Assembly (NCBI GenBank): GCA_035255845.1 | Contig: DATEZE010000224.1 | Coordinates: 1-53,879, forward strand | Origin: Burkholderiaceae bacterium | GTDB taxonomy: Bacteria > Pseudomonadota > Gammaproteobacteria > Burkholderiales > Burkholderiaceae_F | Length of the DNA stretch: 53,879 nucleotides | Reading direction: 5' to 3' | Shown: positions 30,314 to 38,671 of the stretch, piece after piece | Position numbering within the stretch: the first letter of the stretch is position 1 | Layout of the letters: every line of letters begins with the position of its first letter | Notes under the pieces: model-generated | Databases searched by the model: none | What the model saw: the letters and a program-made list of their open reading frames with translations, nothing else | Told to the model about the DNA's origin: nothing | Program-made: the position numbers and the translations under genes

Positions 30314-31227
30314 TCGGGCGCGTGCGGCGCGTCGGCATCGTGGGCCGCATGCTGGCCGTGTTCGCGCTTGCGGCAGCAGCGCTGCTCGCCTCCGCTTCCG
30401 CCAAAGCTACGGTGAGTGCCGTCGACGACGCGGGCGCTCGCATCGAACTCGTGCAGCCGGCCGCGCGCGTCGTCAGTCTCGCCCCGCACGTCACCGAACA
30501 GCTGTTTGCGATCGGCGCGGGAGATCGCATCGTTGGCACGACTGAATTTGCCGACTATCCCGTCGCCGCACAGCGCATTCCCCACGTCGGGCGGGCGCAC
30601 AGTGTCGACCTGGAGCGCATTGCGCGGCTCAAGCCGGACCTGATCGTCATCTGGGGCAGCGGCTTTCCGCCCGGCACCGTGGACGCGGTGCGGCGGCTGG
30701 GCACACCGGTCTTCGTCAGCGAACCGCATGCGCTCGACGATGTCGCATCGTCGATGCAGCGCCTCGGCGTACTCACCGGCCGCGACGGCACACCCGCGGC
30801 TTCGGCGTATCGCGACAAGATCGAGGCGCTGCGTGCGCGCTACGCGGATCGGCGTCCGGTACGGGTCTTCTACCAGGTATGGGCCACACCGCTGATGACA
30901 CTCTCGGGACGGCACGTGATCAGCGAGGCGATCGCGCTGTGCGGCGGGCGTAACGTTTTTGCCGACCTCGCACCGATCGCGCCGCAGGTCTCGGTCGAGG
31001 CGGTTGTCGCGGCCGACCCCGAAGCGGTGATTTCCGCGGAGCCAGGTGCTCGCGCCAGCGACGCTCTGGCAATGTGGCACCAGTTCCCGTCGATGGCGGC
31101 AACGCGGCGCGGACAGTTCTACACGCTCGACGCAGATCGCCTGAACCGGAACGGCCCGCGCTTGGCCGATGAAATCGGGGCGCTCTGCGTCGCAATTGAG
31201 CGGACCCGCGCGACGTCGATCAAGTAA
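30310..31227 (+). CDS. btuF: cobalamin/siderophore-class (cluster A) periplasmic binding protein, BtuF-like
   Basis: RVVSLAPHVTEQLFAIGAGDRIVGT and KPDLIVIWG are typical of BtuF/FhuD-type binding proteins. The GTG at 30310 overlaps the exbD stop, with an alternative ATG at 30349. The signal peptide is MLAVFALAAAALLASASA. Confidence 0.75.
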   Translation: MIGRVRRVGIVGRMLAVFALAAAALLASASAKATVSAVDDAGARIELVQPAARVVSLAPHVTEQLFAIGAGDRIVGTTEFADYPVAAQRIPHVGRAHSVDLERIARLKPDLIVIWGSGFPPGTVDAVRRLGTPVFVSEPHALDDVASSMQRLGVLTGRDGTPAASAYRDKIEALRARYADRRPVRVFYQVWATPLMTLSGRHVISEAIALCGGRNVFADLAPIAPQVSVEAVVAADPEAVISAEPGARASDALAMWHQFPSMAATRRGQFYTLDADRLNRNGPRLADEIGALCVAIERTRATSIK

Positions 31228-31257
31228 ATTGACGGGCTGCAGTTCACGGAGAATCCC

Positions 31258-31743
31258 ATGATCGATCGCACGATGCCGTTGCCGTCACGCGCCATTGTCG
31301 CCGCGGCGCTCGCGGCAATGCTGCTCGGGGCTTGTGGCAAAAAGGAAGCGGCGGCCGACAGGGGAGCGCCCCCTGCTGCAACTACGCCGTCCACAGCCAC
31401 CCCGCCCCCGGCAGCGCAAACCGACCGCGAGATCCGCATCACCGAGATCAGACCGGAGCTCGGCACGCTGACCGTCGGTCAATCGGTCAAGACCGTCATC
31501 AGCGGAACCTACAAGCTGCCGTCGCCCGGCGGCACCATCGGCATCCTCGTGCAGGACGGGAAGAGCGGCCTCGTTTTCAATAAGCTGACACCGGTCGCGG
31601 ATAGCGGTGGAGTATTCACGCAGGAAGTCGAGTTCAAGGTTCCTGCGACCGACAAGCTTTCCCTGCACGTGCCGCTGTACCTGAAGGACGAGAAGAAGTC
31701 GTCCGCAGTCGCGTCGCGCGAGTGGGCCGTCAAGGCGAAGTAG
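31258..31743 (+). CDS. small lipoprotein of unknown function
   Basis: 161 aa. Lipobox LLGAC, an Ala/Pro/Thr-rich tether, then about 100 aa of apparently beta-rich sequence. No motif recognised. Confidence 0.6.
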   Translation: MIDRTMPLPSRAIVAAALAAMLLGACGKKEAAADRGAPPAATTPSTATPPPAAQTDREIRITEIRPELGTLTVGQSVKTVISGTYKLPSPGGTIGILVQDGKSGLVFNKLTPVADSGGVFTQEVEFKVPATDKLSLHVPLYLKDEKKSSAVASREWAVKAK

Positions 31744-32368
31744 TTCGCTGCGGCTCGACCCACTCGAGCAAGGTGCGCCACTGCTCTAGATCGCGCTCTA
31801 CCCGCCCCGGCGCGACGTCCCACAGCGTCAGCCCGTGCGCGGCCAGCTGAACGTAGTTCTGCGTGTCGCGCAGGAAACCAAGCACCGGCAAGCCAAGATC
31901 CTCGACAAAGCGCTGCAGCTGATCGGCCGCGCGCGTGCGCGCGTCGACACGCATGCCGAGGATGCCGACGCGGGGCGCACCACCGAGCAGATCGCGATCA
32001 GCGAGTTTGGTGAGGAAAGCCTGAGTCGCGTAGATGTCGAAGATCGAGGGCTGCACCGGCACGATCACTCGATCAGAGAGTTTCATCACATCGCGTAGCG
32101 CGTGGCCGCGCAGCCCGGCCGGCGTGTCGAGCACGACGTGCGTCACGCCCTTCGGCGGTCGCGCGATCTTCTCGTCGGAACGGTCCCACGACCGGATGTG
32201 CGGCAGCGTGGCCGGCCTGATGCCGAGCCACGCCAGCGCCGACTGCTGGCGATCGAGATCGCCGAGCATCGTGGGGTGGCCCCGCCACGCAAAGTAACCG
32301 GCCAGGTTGGTCGCGGCCGTGCTCTTCCCGCAGCCGCCCTTCGGGTTGGTGATCAGCACGATCGGCAT
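31730..32368 (-). CDS. orphan ParA/MinD-family P-loop ATPase (CobQ/CobB/MinD/ParA nucleotide-binding domain)
   Basis: 212 aa. Deviant Walker A NPKGGCGKSTAATN and a Walker B-like VVLDTPAG. No parB is adjacent. It is the last gene (36-nt gap) of the btuB-C-D transcription unit. Confidence 0.8.
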   Translation of the reverse strand: MPIVLITNPKGGCGKSTAATNLAGYFAWRGHPTMLGDLDRQQSALAWLGIRPATLPHIRSWDRSDEKIARPPKGVTHVVLDTPAGLRGHALRDVMKLSDRVIVPVQPSIFDIYATQAFLTKLADRDLLGGAPRVGILGMRVDARTRAADQLQRFVEDLGLPVLGFLRDTQNYVQLAAHGLTLWDVAPGRVERDLEQWRTLLEWVEPQRTTSP

Positions 32369-32404
32369 CGCGCCAGTCTAGGGCCTGTTCACTGCTCGGC
32401 GGTG

Positions 32405-33199
32405 TCAAGCCCCGACGCGGGACGCGTGGCGGCCGCGCTGTCGGCCGCCGTGGACGTGGAAGAACGCTTCGTCTCCTGCTTGCACTCGACTGATCGGCGT
32501 CGCGAATAAATCCGACAGCGCTGCCGCCGTCAATACGTCCTCCGCCGCACCGGCCAGCGTCCGGCCATCGCCCCAAAGCAGCAGCGCATGAGTCGCGAAC
32601 CGTGTCGCCGCGTTCAGGTCATGCAGGCTCGCGACCAGCGCACGCTCAGTCAGCGCGCACAACTCACCGATCACATGCGCCTGATGGCGGGGATCCTGGT
32701 GCGCCGTCGGCTCATCGAGCAACACGAGCGGCGTGTCCTGCGCAAGCGTCGTCGCAATCGCAACGCGCTGCCGTTCGCCGCGTGACAGTTGGCGCACATC
32801 GCGGTCCGCCAGCGCTGTGCAGTCGAACCGTTGCAGCCAGTCGCGCGCGATCGGCGCCGCGGCGGCCTCGTCGCGGAACACGTAACGGGCCGTCAGCACC
32901 GTGTCCAGCGCGGTGCTGGCGAATGGGTCAAGCCAACGATCAGTCAGCAGCGCGCGTCGCCGCGCGAGCTCGTCGGCGCGCAGGCTGCCCACTGGCCGAT
33001 CGCCGAACACGATGTCGCCCCCGTCGAGCGGCCGAGCGCCGGCCGTCGCGCTGAGCAGCGTCGACTTGCCGGCGCCATTGGGACCGAGCACGGCCCAGCG
33101 TTGACCGGGCTCTAGCGTGAGGTCGAGCGAAGCGATCAGCAGCCGCTGCGGAGTACGCAGCGACACGCCGCGCAGCTCGATGATCGCCGCGCCGTTCAT
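32405..33199 (-). CDS. btuD: ABC transporter ATP-binding protein, BtuD/FecE type
   Basis: Walker A GPNGAGKST, signature LSRGERQR and Walker B LVLLDEPT. It overlaps the upstream permease gene by 4 nt. Confidence 0.85.
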   Translation of the reverse strand: MNGAAIIELRGVSLRTPQRLLIASLDLTLEPGQRWAVLGPNGAGKSTLLSATAGARPLDGGDIVFGDRPVGSLRADELARRRALLTDRWLDPFASTALDTVLTARYVFRDEAAAAPIARDWLQRFDCTALADRDVRQLSRGERQRVAIATTLAQDTPLVLLDEPTAHQDPRHQAHVIGELCALTERALVASLHDLNAATRFATHALLLWGDGRTLAGAAEDVLTAAALSDLFATPISRVQAGDEAFFHVHGGRQRGRHASRVGA

Positions 33200-34227
33200 C
33201 GCCGCCCGAGGATCCAGAGAAACACCGGCACGCCGATCAGCGCAGTCAACACACCGACCGGGAGCTGCAATGGCGCGACCACGCTGCGCGCGATCGTGTC
33301 GGCGCTGACGACGAGTGTGCCGCCCAACAACACCGAACCGGGCACGGCCACGCGCTGGTCGTTGCCGGCCAGCAAGCGCGTCAAGTGCGGCGCTACGAAA
33401 CCGACGAATCCGACGGCGCCGGCGAGCGTCACCGCACCCGCCGTGGCCAGTGCGGCGACGAGCACGAGCCGCCGGCGCGTCGCGCTGACGCGCACGCCCT
33501 GCGAGTAGGCCTGCAGATCGCCGCGCAGCATCAGGTTCAGTGCGCGCGCCTCGCTGCTCGCGACCACGAGCAGCGCAGCCGCGAGCAGCAGCGCGATCAG
33601 CGCGGCGCCGAGATCCGTTGCGCCAGCAAGGTCACCGAGCAGCCAGAAGACCATAGACCGCAGTCGTCCGTCAGGTGCGAGTGCCAGCATCAGGCTCATC
33701 AGCGCCGCCGCGAACGATGCGAGCATCACGCCGGTCAGAAGCACTGCGCCGGTCGCCTGCTCGCCGCTGCTGGTCTCGCTGGCGTAGAGCGCGCGCCGCG
33801 CCAGCAGGAAGAGCAACGCCAGCGTCGCCAGCGCGCCGCCAACGGCCGCAACCTGTACACCGGCGGCGCCGAGCCCGGCGGCGAGCGCCAGCAAGGCGGC
33901 GAACGCGGCGCCGCCGGAGATGCCGAGCACATACGGGTCGGCGAGTGGATTGCGCAGCAGCGCCTGCAGCAGCGCGCCGGACAACGCCAGCAGAGCTCCG
34001 ACCGCAAACGCGGACAGCGCGCGCGGTGCGCGCAACCCGAGCACAATGTCCGTTCCGGCCGGACTCGCGTGTCCACGCGTGATCGCGCCAGCCAGTTCCG
34101 ACCAGCTGACGTCGACGCTGCCGATCGCGAGCGCGGCGGCCAGACTGGCCGCCGCCGCCCCGATCAGGACGAGCAGCGCAGTCGATGGCGCAGGTCGGGT
34201 CATCGATCGTTCAGAAGCGCAGGTCAA
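33196..34227 (-). CDS. btuC: FecCD-family ABC permease, BtuC type
   Basis: 343 aa, about 9-10 TM helices, FecCD/BtuC-like sequence (RNPLADPYVLGISGGAA). Confidence 0.85.
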   Translation of the reverse strand: MTCASERSMTRPAPSTALLVLIGAAAASLAAALAIGSVDVSWSELAGAITRGHASPAGTDIVLGLRAPRALSAFAVGALLALSGALLQALLRNPLADPYVLGISGGAAFAALLALAAGLGAAGVQVAAVGGALATLALLFLLARRALYASETSSGEQATGAVLLTGVMLASFAAALMSLMLALAPDGRLRSMVFWLLGDLAGATDLGAALIALLLAAALLVVASSEARALNLMLRGDLQAYSQGVRVSATRRRLVLVAALATAGAVTLAGAVGFVGFVAPHLTRLLAGNDQRVAVPGSVLLGGTLVVSADTIARSVVAPLQLPVGVLTALIGVPVFLWILGRR

Positions 34228-36097
34228 CGCCGACGATCACCGTCCGCGGCTGTGTGTTGTACCCGCTGACGGTCTCATAGTCGGCATCGAACAGGTTCTC
34301 AACGCGGGCGCGCAGGGTGATCGCTGGCCGCAGAGCCCAGCTCGCGACGATTCGCGCCAGCGTGTAGCTCGCGAGCTGCACCCGTTGAAACGTGTTGATG
34401 TCGAGATCGTCGCGCGGACCGACCGCCGTCAGCTCGAAGCCTGCGCTCCATGACCCCGGCGCCACGTAGACCGAGGCATTGACGATCCACGGCGCACGTC
34501 GCAACAGCTTCTCGCCGGTCTCCTCATCGACAGCCCGTAGCAGCATCCCGTTCGCCGCGAACGACCAGATACCGTGGCGCCAGGAGCCCGCCAGCTCGAA
34601 GCCAGTTGCGCGCGCCTTGTCGAGGTTCTCCGCACGCGAACTCGCCGGGTCAAAGACGATCAAGTCACGCGTGTTGGTGCGGAACAGGCCCGCCCGCGCC
34701 ATCACATCTCCGGCGGCATATTGCAGCCCGAGCTCGCCGCTGACGGCACGCTCCGGTGCGAGATCCGGATTGCCGAAGCCGGGAAAGTAGAGATCGTTGA
34801 AGCTCGGTGCACGAAACGCGTTGGAAAGCTGCGCGGTCAGCCGCCACTCCCGGCCGAGGCGGAAACCGTAGGCCACGAGTCCAGTAGTCGCGCCGCCGAC
34901 GTCCGAATACTGATCCTGTCGCACGTTGAGCTGCAACTGCTGCGGCCCGAATTCGCCGATGAGGCCGAGCCAGCCGCTGCCGACCGCACGAGTGAATCGC
35001 TGCGACTGGCCGCCGAAGTTGGGATCGTAGGCCGTCGATTCGCCGACCTGATGCAGGTACTCGGCGCCGAGCTGCGCCCGCATCTGGCTGGTCACGGTCA
35101 CATCGTTCGTCCACGTCGCCGCCACGTTGTCGGAGCTGAACTCGCCGTTGTTGAACGAAGCCGGATCGCTGACGATGTTGCTGCTGCGGTCGCGACTGGC
35201 GCCCAGCGCGAGTTGCGTGGTCCAGCGCTCGTTCAGGGGCGTGCGTAGCAGCGCATTGGCCGCACCGAGCTGGGATTTCTCGAGGTGGGTCGCCGTTGGA
35301 CCATCTGCCGTGCTGTCGAACTCGGTCCGGTTGCGATTGAGCCAGCCGTTCACGGCCAGCAGGGTCTCGCCCGAACGGTAGGTCGCCCCGAGCGACGTCG
35401 ACAGATACTCGTTGCCGTCGATATCGGGATTGGCGCCGGGCGCGAACGGACCGGGGATCACTCGCGCCGCGTCGATCGCAGAAAACGCCGCCGTGGTGCC
35501 GCCGCCTATCGCGCCGCCGATGCGCACTGGCCCAAGATCGGTACCGCCGCTGAAGTGACCGTCGAGCGTGCGGCCCTGTCCGCCTTCAGCACTCAGCACA
35601 AGACCCTGTTCGGCGCCGCGCCGCGTGAAGATCTGCACGACGCCGCCGATCGCGGCCGACCCGTACAGGCTGGACAGGTTGCCGCGGACGATCTCGATGC
35701 GCTCGATCGCATCGAGCGCGATGCCGCCTACCGCCGGAGCGCCGCTGGTGCCAGCGTTGAGCCGCACGCCATCGACGAGAACCAGGACTTGCGAGGAGTT
35801 CGCGCCGCGCAAGAACAGCGACGCCGCGGTACCGCGTCCGCCCGACTGCGCAAACTGCACCCCGGTTTCGCGCGACAGCAGGCTCACGATGTCGACACTC
35901 TGGGTGCGTTCGATGTCCGCACGGGTGATGACCGATGTCGCCGGCAACGCTTCGTCGATCGCCTGTGTCTGCCGCGCCGGCGTGATCACCGTCATTGGCA
36001 GTTGCGAGGTCGCCTGCGCCAGCGCAGTGTTATTCGTGAAGACAAAGAGCGTGATCGCAGCAGCGCTGCTGCGTGCAGTCGAACCGAGGGTAGACAT
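34211..36097 (-). CDS. btuB: TonB-dependent outer-membrane cobalamin receptor
   Basis: Signal peptide, plug domain (ATSVITRADIERTQ, LLSRETGVQF) and a beta-barrel ending in the terminal ...GVDLRF. It is preceded by a cobalamin riboswitch. I prefer the ATG at 36097 (MSTLGSTARSS), which has a GGGAG Shine-Dalgarno. Confidence 0.85.
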   Translation of the reverse strand: MSTLGSTARSSAAAITLFVFTNNTALAQATSQLPMTVITPARQTQAIDEALPATSVITRADIERTQSVDIVSLLSRETGVQFAQSGGRGTAASLFLRGANSSQVLVLVDGVRLNAGTSGAPAVGGIALDAIERIEIVRGNLSSLYGSAAIGGVVQIFTRRGAEQGLVLSAEGGQGRTLDGHFSGGTDLGPVRIGGAIGGGTTAAFSAIDAARVIPGPFAPGANPDIDGNEYLSTSLGATYRSGETLLAVNGWLNRNRTEFDSTADGPTATHLEKSQLGAANALLRTPLNERWTTQLALGASRDRSSNIVSDPASFNNGEFSSDNVAATWTNDVTVTSQMRAQLGAEYLHQVGESTAYDPNFGGQSQRFTRAVGSGWLGLIGEFGPQQLQLNVRQDQYSDVGGATTGLVAYGFRLGREWRLTAQLSNAFRAPSFNDLYFPGFGNPDLAPERAVSGELGLQYAAGDVMARAGLFRTNTRDLIVFDPASSRAENLDKARATGFELAGSWRHGIWSFAANGMLLRAVDEETGEKLLRRAPWIVNASVYVAPGSWSAGFELTAVGPRDDLDINTFQRVQLASYTLARIVASWALRPAITLRARVENLFDADYETVSGYNTQPRTVIVGVDLRF

Positions 36098-36194
36098 CGT
36101 GACTCCCGCGCACCGGCCCGCCGCCGGCAAGGTTCACACACGAACGGGTCGGGAGTCGGCTGGTCAGGGCGCAGAGCGCGCCCCGCCGGCCGGC

Positions 36195-36400
36195 ACCCCG
36201 CGGCTCGTCCTCCTGCCGATGGCCGGTCTCCGGGCTGCAGGGATGCTTCGCGCCTTCCCGCGTCAAAGACGCAGTGGCTGTTGCGAAGCGTGCGATACGC
36301 GCCTGCTTACCGTTGCGGGGGCAGCACAGGTTGGGATGCGTTGCCGCAGCCTCCTGTTTCCCGTTTCACCGAAGTCACTTGTCCTTCGGCACCATTGGCA
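36195..36400 (-). promoter_or_regulatory. cobalamin (B12) riboswitch in the btuB leader
   Basis: The minus strand reads GGTGAAACGGGAAACAGGAGGCTGCGGCAACGCATCCCAACCTGTGCTGCCCCCGCAACGGTAAGC (nt 36370 to 36305), matching the conserved cobalamin-riboswitch core. A B12-box-like CAGCCCGGAGACCGGCC follows at about nt 36238-36222. Downstream, GACTCCC (complement of 36151-36157) can pair with the btuB SD GGGAGTC (complement of 36101-36107). Confidence 0.85.
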
Positions 36401-36483
36401 ATCGGCAGTCTATCTCACGAATTGCCGCGAGCACCGTCGCTCACTCGGCGATCGGTGACTACGCGCGGTGATACGATCGCCGC

Positions 36484-36708
36484 ATGCTTGAAGACCTCGA
36501 CCGACTCGCCGAGAAGGTGCACGAACTCGCTCGACTGGTGCAGTCGTTGCGGACCGAAAACCAGCAGCTGCGTTCCCAGCTGGTACAGGCTGGCGGTGAA
36601 CTGGATGCGATGCGCCATCGCGTCGACGAGGCTGGTCGTCGCCTGGACGTCCTGATGGAACGCCTGCCCGGTCATGCCAACTCATCGAAGGCGTCATGGA
36701 ACACCTGA
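36484..36708 (+). CDS. small coiled-coil protein, ZapB-like (TIGR02449-type)
   Basis: 74 aa, heptad-rich (LEDLDRLAEKVHELARLVQSLRTENQQLRSQL). It overlaps the zapA start by 13 nt, in the conserved position upstream of zapA. Confidence 0.6.
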   Translation: MLEDLDRLAEKVHELARLVQSLRTENQQLRSQLVQAGGELDAMRHRVDEAGRRLDVLMERLPGHANSSKASWNT

Positions 36709-36995
36709 CCGTCACGATCCTCGACCGCGAGTACCGGCTGGCATGCACGCCGGACGAGCGCGATGCGCTGCTGAAGTCCGCCGCGTATGTCGATTCGAAA
36801 ATGCAGGCGATCCGTTCCGGCGGCAAGGTGATGGGCGCGGACCGTATCGCGGTCATGGCGGCGTTGCAGATCACGCATGAACTGTTTTCTGCACGCAGCG
36901 CCGACGGCATCGAACTCGGTGATCTCCGTCGTCGCGTGCGCGACCTGCTGCATACGGCCGAAGATGCGCTACTGCCGCAGGAAAAGCTCTTCTGA
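36696..36995 (+). CDS. zapA: cell division protein ZapA
   Basis: 99 aa. VTILDREYRLACTPDERDALLKSAAYVDSKM...DRIAVMAALQITHEL is typical ZapA. Confidence 0.85.
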   Translation: MEHLTVTILDREYRLACTPDERDALLKSAAYVDSKMQAIRSGGKVMGADRIAVMAALQITHELFSARSADGIELGDLRRRVRDLLHTAEDALLPQEKLF

Positions 36996-37040
36996 TCCGC
37001 TCTGCCGCGTGCAGCGCGCGACCGGGCGGGGATACAATTT

Positions 37041-37235
37041 GGTCCGATTCGCTGGTGTGCGCCGGTGCGCACAGCAGCACAAGGTTTTCCCTGCGGTGCT
37101 CGCGCAAAGGTCGTTCGTTCCTTGAACCGATGCGCTTTGCGCAAGGTTGCTGGGCTCGCGTCGTGGTGTGATCGGCACGCGTTTGCTGAACCTAAACGGC
37201 GCGGACAGCGACCACCCTGAACCGATGGTTCAGGA
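37041..37235 (+). ncRNA. ssrS: probable 6S RNA
   Basis: A non-coding gap lies immediately downstream of zapA, which is the conserved ssrS position. A -10-like TACAAT sits at 37033-37038. The closing stem pairs TCGCTG/GCGCCG (37049-37064) with CGGCGC/CAGCGA (37198-37212). A hairpin CCTGAACC-GAT-GGTTCAGG lies at the 3' end. The ends are approximate. Confidence 0.55.
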
Positions 37236-37300
37236 CATCCGGCCGGGCGGCACAGGCGGGGATCCTCACTACAAGACGCGCGAGCCGCGTCCGGCTTCCG

Positions 37301-37774
37301 ATGAACTATTGGCTGATGAAGTCAGAGCCGGACGAGTGTTCGATCGACGACACGCTCGCTGCGCCGTACCGGACCGTCCCATGGACCGGGGTGCGTAACT
37401 ACCAGGCACGCAACTTCATGCGCGACCTGATGAAGATCGGCGACGGCGTTCTGTTCTACCACTCGAGTTGCGCCGAGCCTGGCATCGCCGGACTGGCGGA
37501 AGTTGCCAGCGCGCCGTATCCCGATCCGACGCAGTTCCAGCGAAAAAGCCCGTACTTCGACGCCGCCTCGACGCGCGATACGCCGCGCTGGGTGCTCGTC
37601 GATATCCGCGCCCGGCGCAAGACGCGGCTGATACCGCTCGCCGAGTTGCGTGAGCACGCGGCGCTGCGCAATATGGTCGTACTCAGACGCGGCAATCGGC
37701 TGTCGATCACGCCGGTTACGGCCGATGAGTGGGAGTTCATCACGCGGGCGCTGCTGAAAGACCGGGCTCAATGA
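37301..37774 (+). CDS. EVE-domain (PUA-like) protein
   Basis: 157 aa. MNYWLMKSEPDECSIDD...VRNYQARNFMRD...GDGVLFYHS is the canonical stand-alone EVE domain. Confidence 0.85.
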   Translation: MNYWLMKSEPDECSIDDTLAAPYRTVPWTGVRNYQARNFMRDLMKIGDGVLFYHSSCAEPGIAGLAEVASAPYPDPTQFQRKSPYFDAASTRDTPRWVLVDIRARRKTRLIPLAELREHAALRNMVVLRRGNRLSITPVTADEWEFITRALLKDRAQ

Positions 37775-38580
37775 GCCCGATGTTCATCGGTGCGCTGGTG
37801 CTGCTCGGCGCCTGCACCGGGTTTGCCGCCGGACTGCTCGGGATCGGCGGCGGCATGTTGATGGTGCCGTTCCTGACGGCGCTGTTCACCTGGCAGGGCT
37901 TTCCGAACGAGCAAATCGTCCACATCGCGATCGCCACGTCGCTTGCGACGATCCTCTTCACCTCGGTGTCGTCGATGCGCGCACACGACCAGCGCGGCGC
38001 GGTGCTGTGGCGCGTCGTCTGGCTGCTGGCGCCGGGGATTCTTCTGGGATCGCTGATCGGGGCGCAGATCGCCGGGCGGCTGCCTACGTTCTGGCTCTCG
38101 GTCATCTTCGCGATCTTGGTCAGCGTGTCTGCACTGCAGATGCTGCGCGATCGCAAGCCCCGGGCAACGCGCGAGTTGCCACGCGGCGTCGGGATGTTCG
38201 GCGCCGGCGGCGCGATCGGTTTCATCTCCAGCCTGGTGGGCGCCGGCGGCGGCTTCATCTCGGTGCCGTTCATGATCTGGAGTAACGTCAGCATCCACAG
38301 CGCGGTCGCCACTTCGGCCGCGCTCGGCTTCCCGATCGCCGCAGCCGGAACCGTCGGATATATCGTGGCCGGCCATGGGGAATCAGGCCTCCCGGCCGGC
38401 ACACTGGGGTTCGTCTACCTGCCAGCGCTGTTCGCGATCGCCTTTGCAAGCGTGCTTACGGCTCCGTTGGGAGTGCGCACCGCCCACACGCTCGATCGCC
38501 GCCCGCTGCAGCGCATCTTCGCAGTGCTGCTGTTACTGCTGGCCGCCTACATGACTTACCGGGGCTACAAGGCCTACTGA
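37771..38580 (+). CDS. TauE/SafE-family anion exporter membrane protein
   Basis: Multi-TM with a duplicated GxGGGxLxVP motif (LLGIGGGMLMVPFL, VGAGGGFISVPFM). The ATG at 37771 overlaps the EVE stop (ATGA). Confidence 0.8.
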   Translation: MSPMFIGALVLLGACTGFAAGLLGIGGGMLMVPFLTALFTWQGFPNEQIVHIAIATSLATILFTSVSSMRAHDQRGAVLWRVVWLLAPGILLGSLIGAQIAGRLPTFWLSVIFAILVSVSALQMLRDRKPRATRELPRGVGMFGAGGAIGFISSLVGAGGGFISVPFMIWSNVSIHSAVATSAALGFPIAAAGTVGYIVAGHGESGLPAGTLGFVYLPALFAIAFASVLTAPLGVRTAHTLDRRPLQRIFAVLLLLLAAYMTYRGYKAY

Positions 38581-38671
38581 TCCGCGCGGCTGCCGCGCAG
38601 CTTGCGCATCTCGCTTTCCGGTGCGCTCCGCCGGCCGCATAATGGAGCGCGAACGACACGGTGGAACGGCA

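Noticed and set aside
35285-36655. 456-aa ORF antisense to btuB that runs through the riboswitch
   Set aside because: It crosses a conserved RNA element and a TonB-dependent receptor gene. Its composition is Arg/Ala-rich and it has no motifs.
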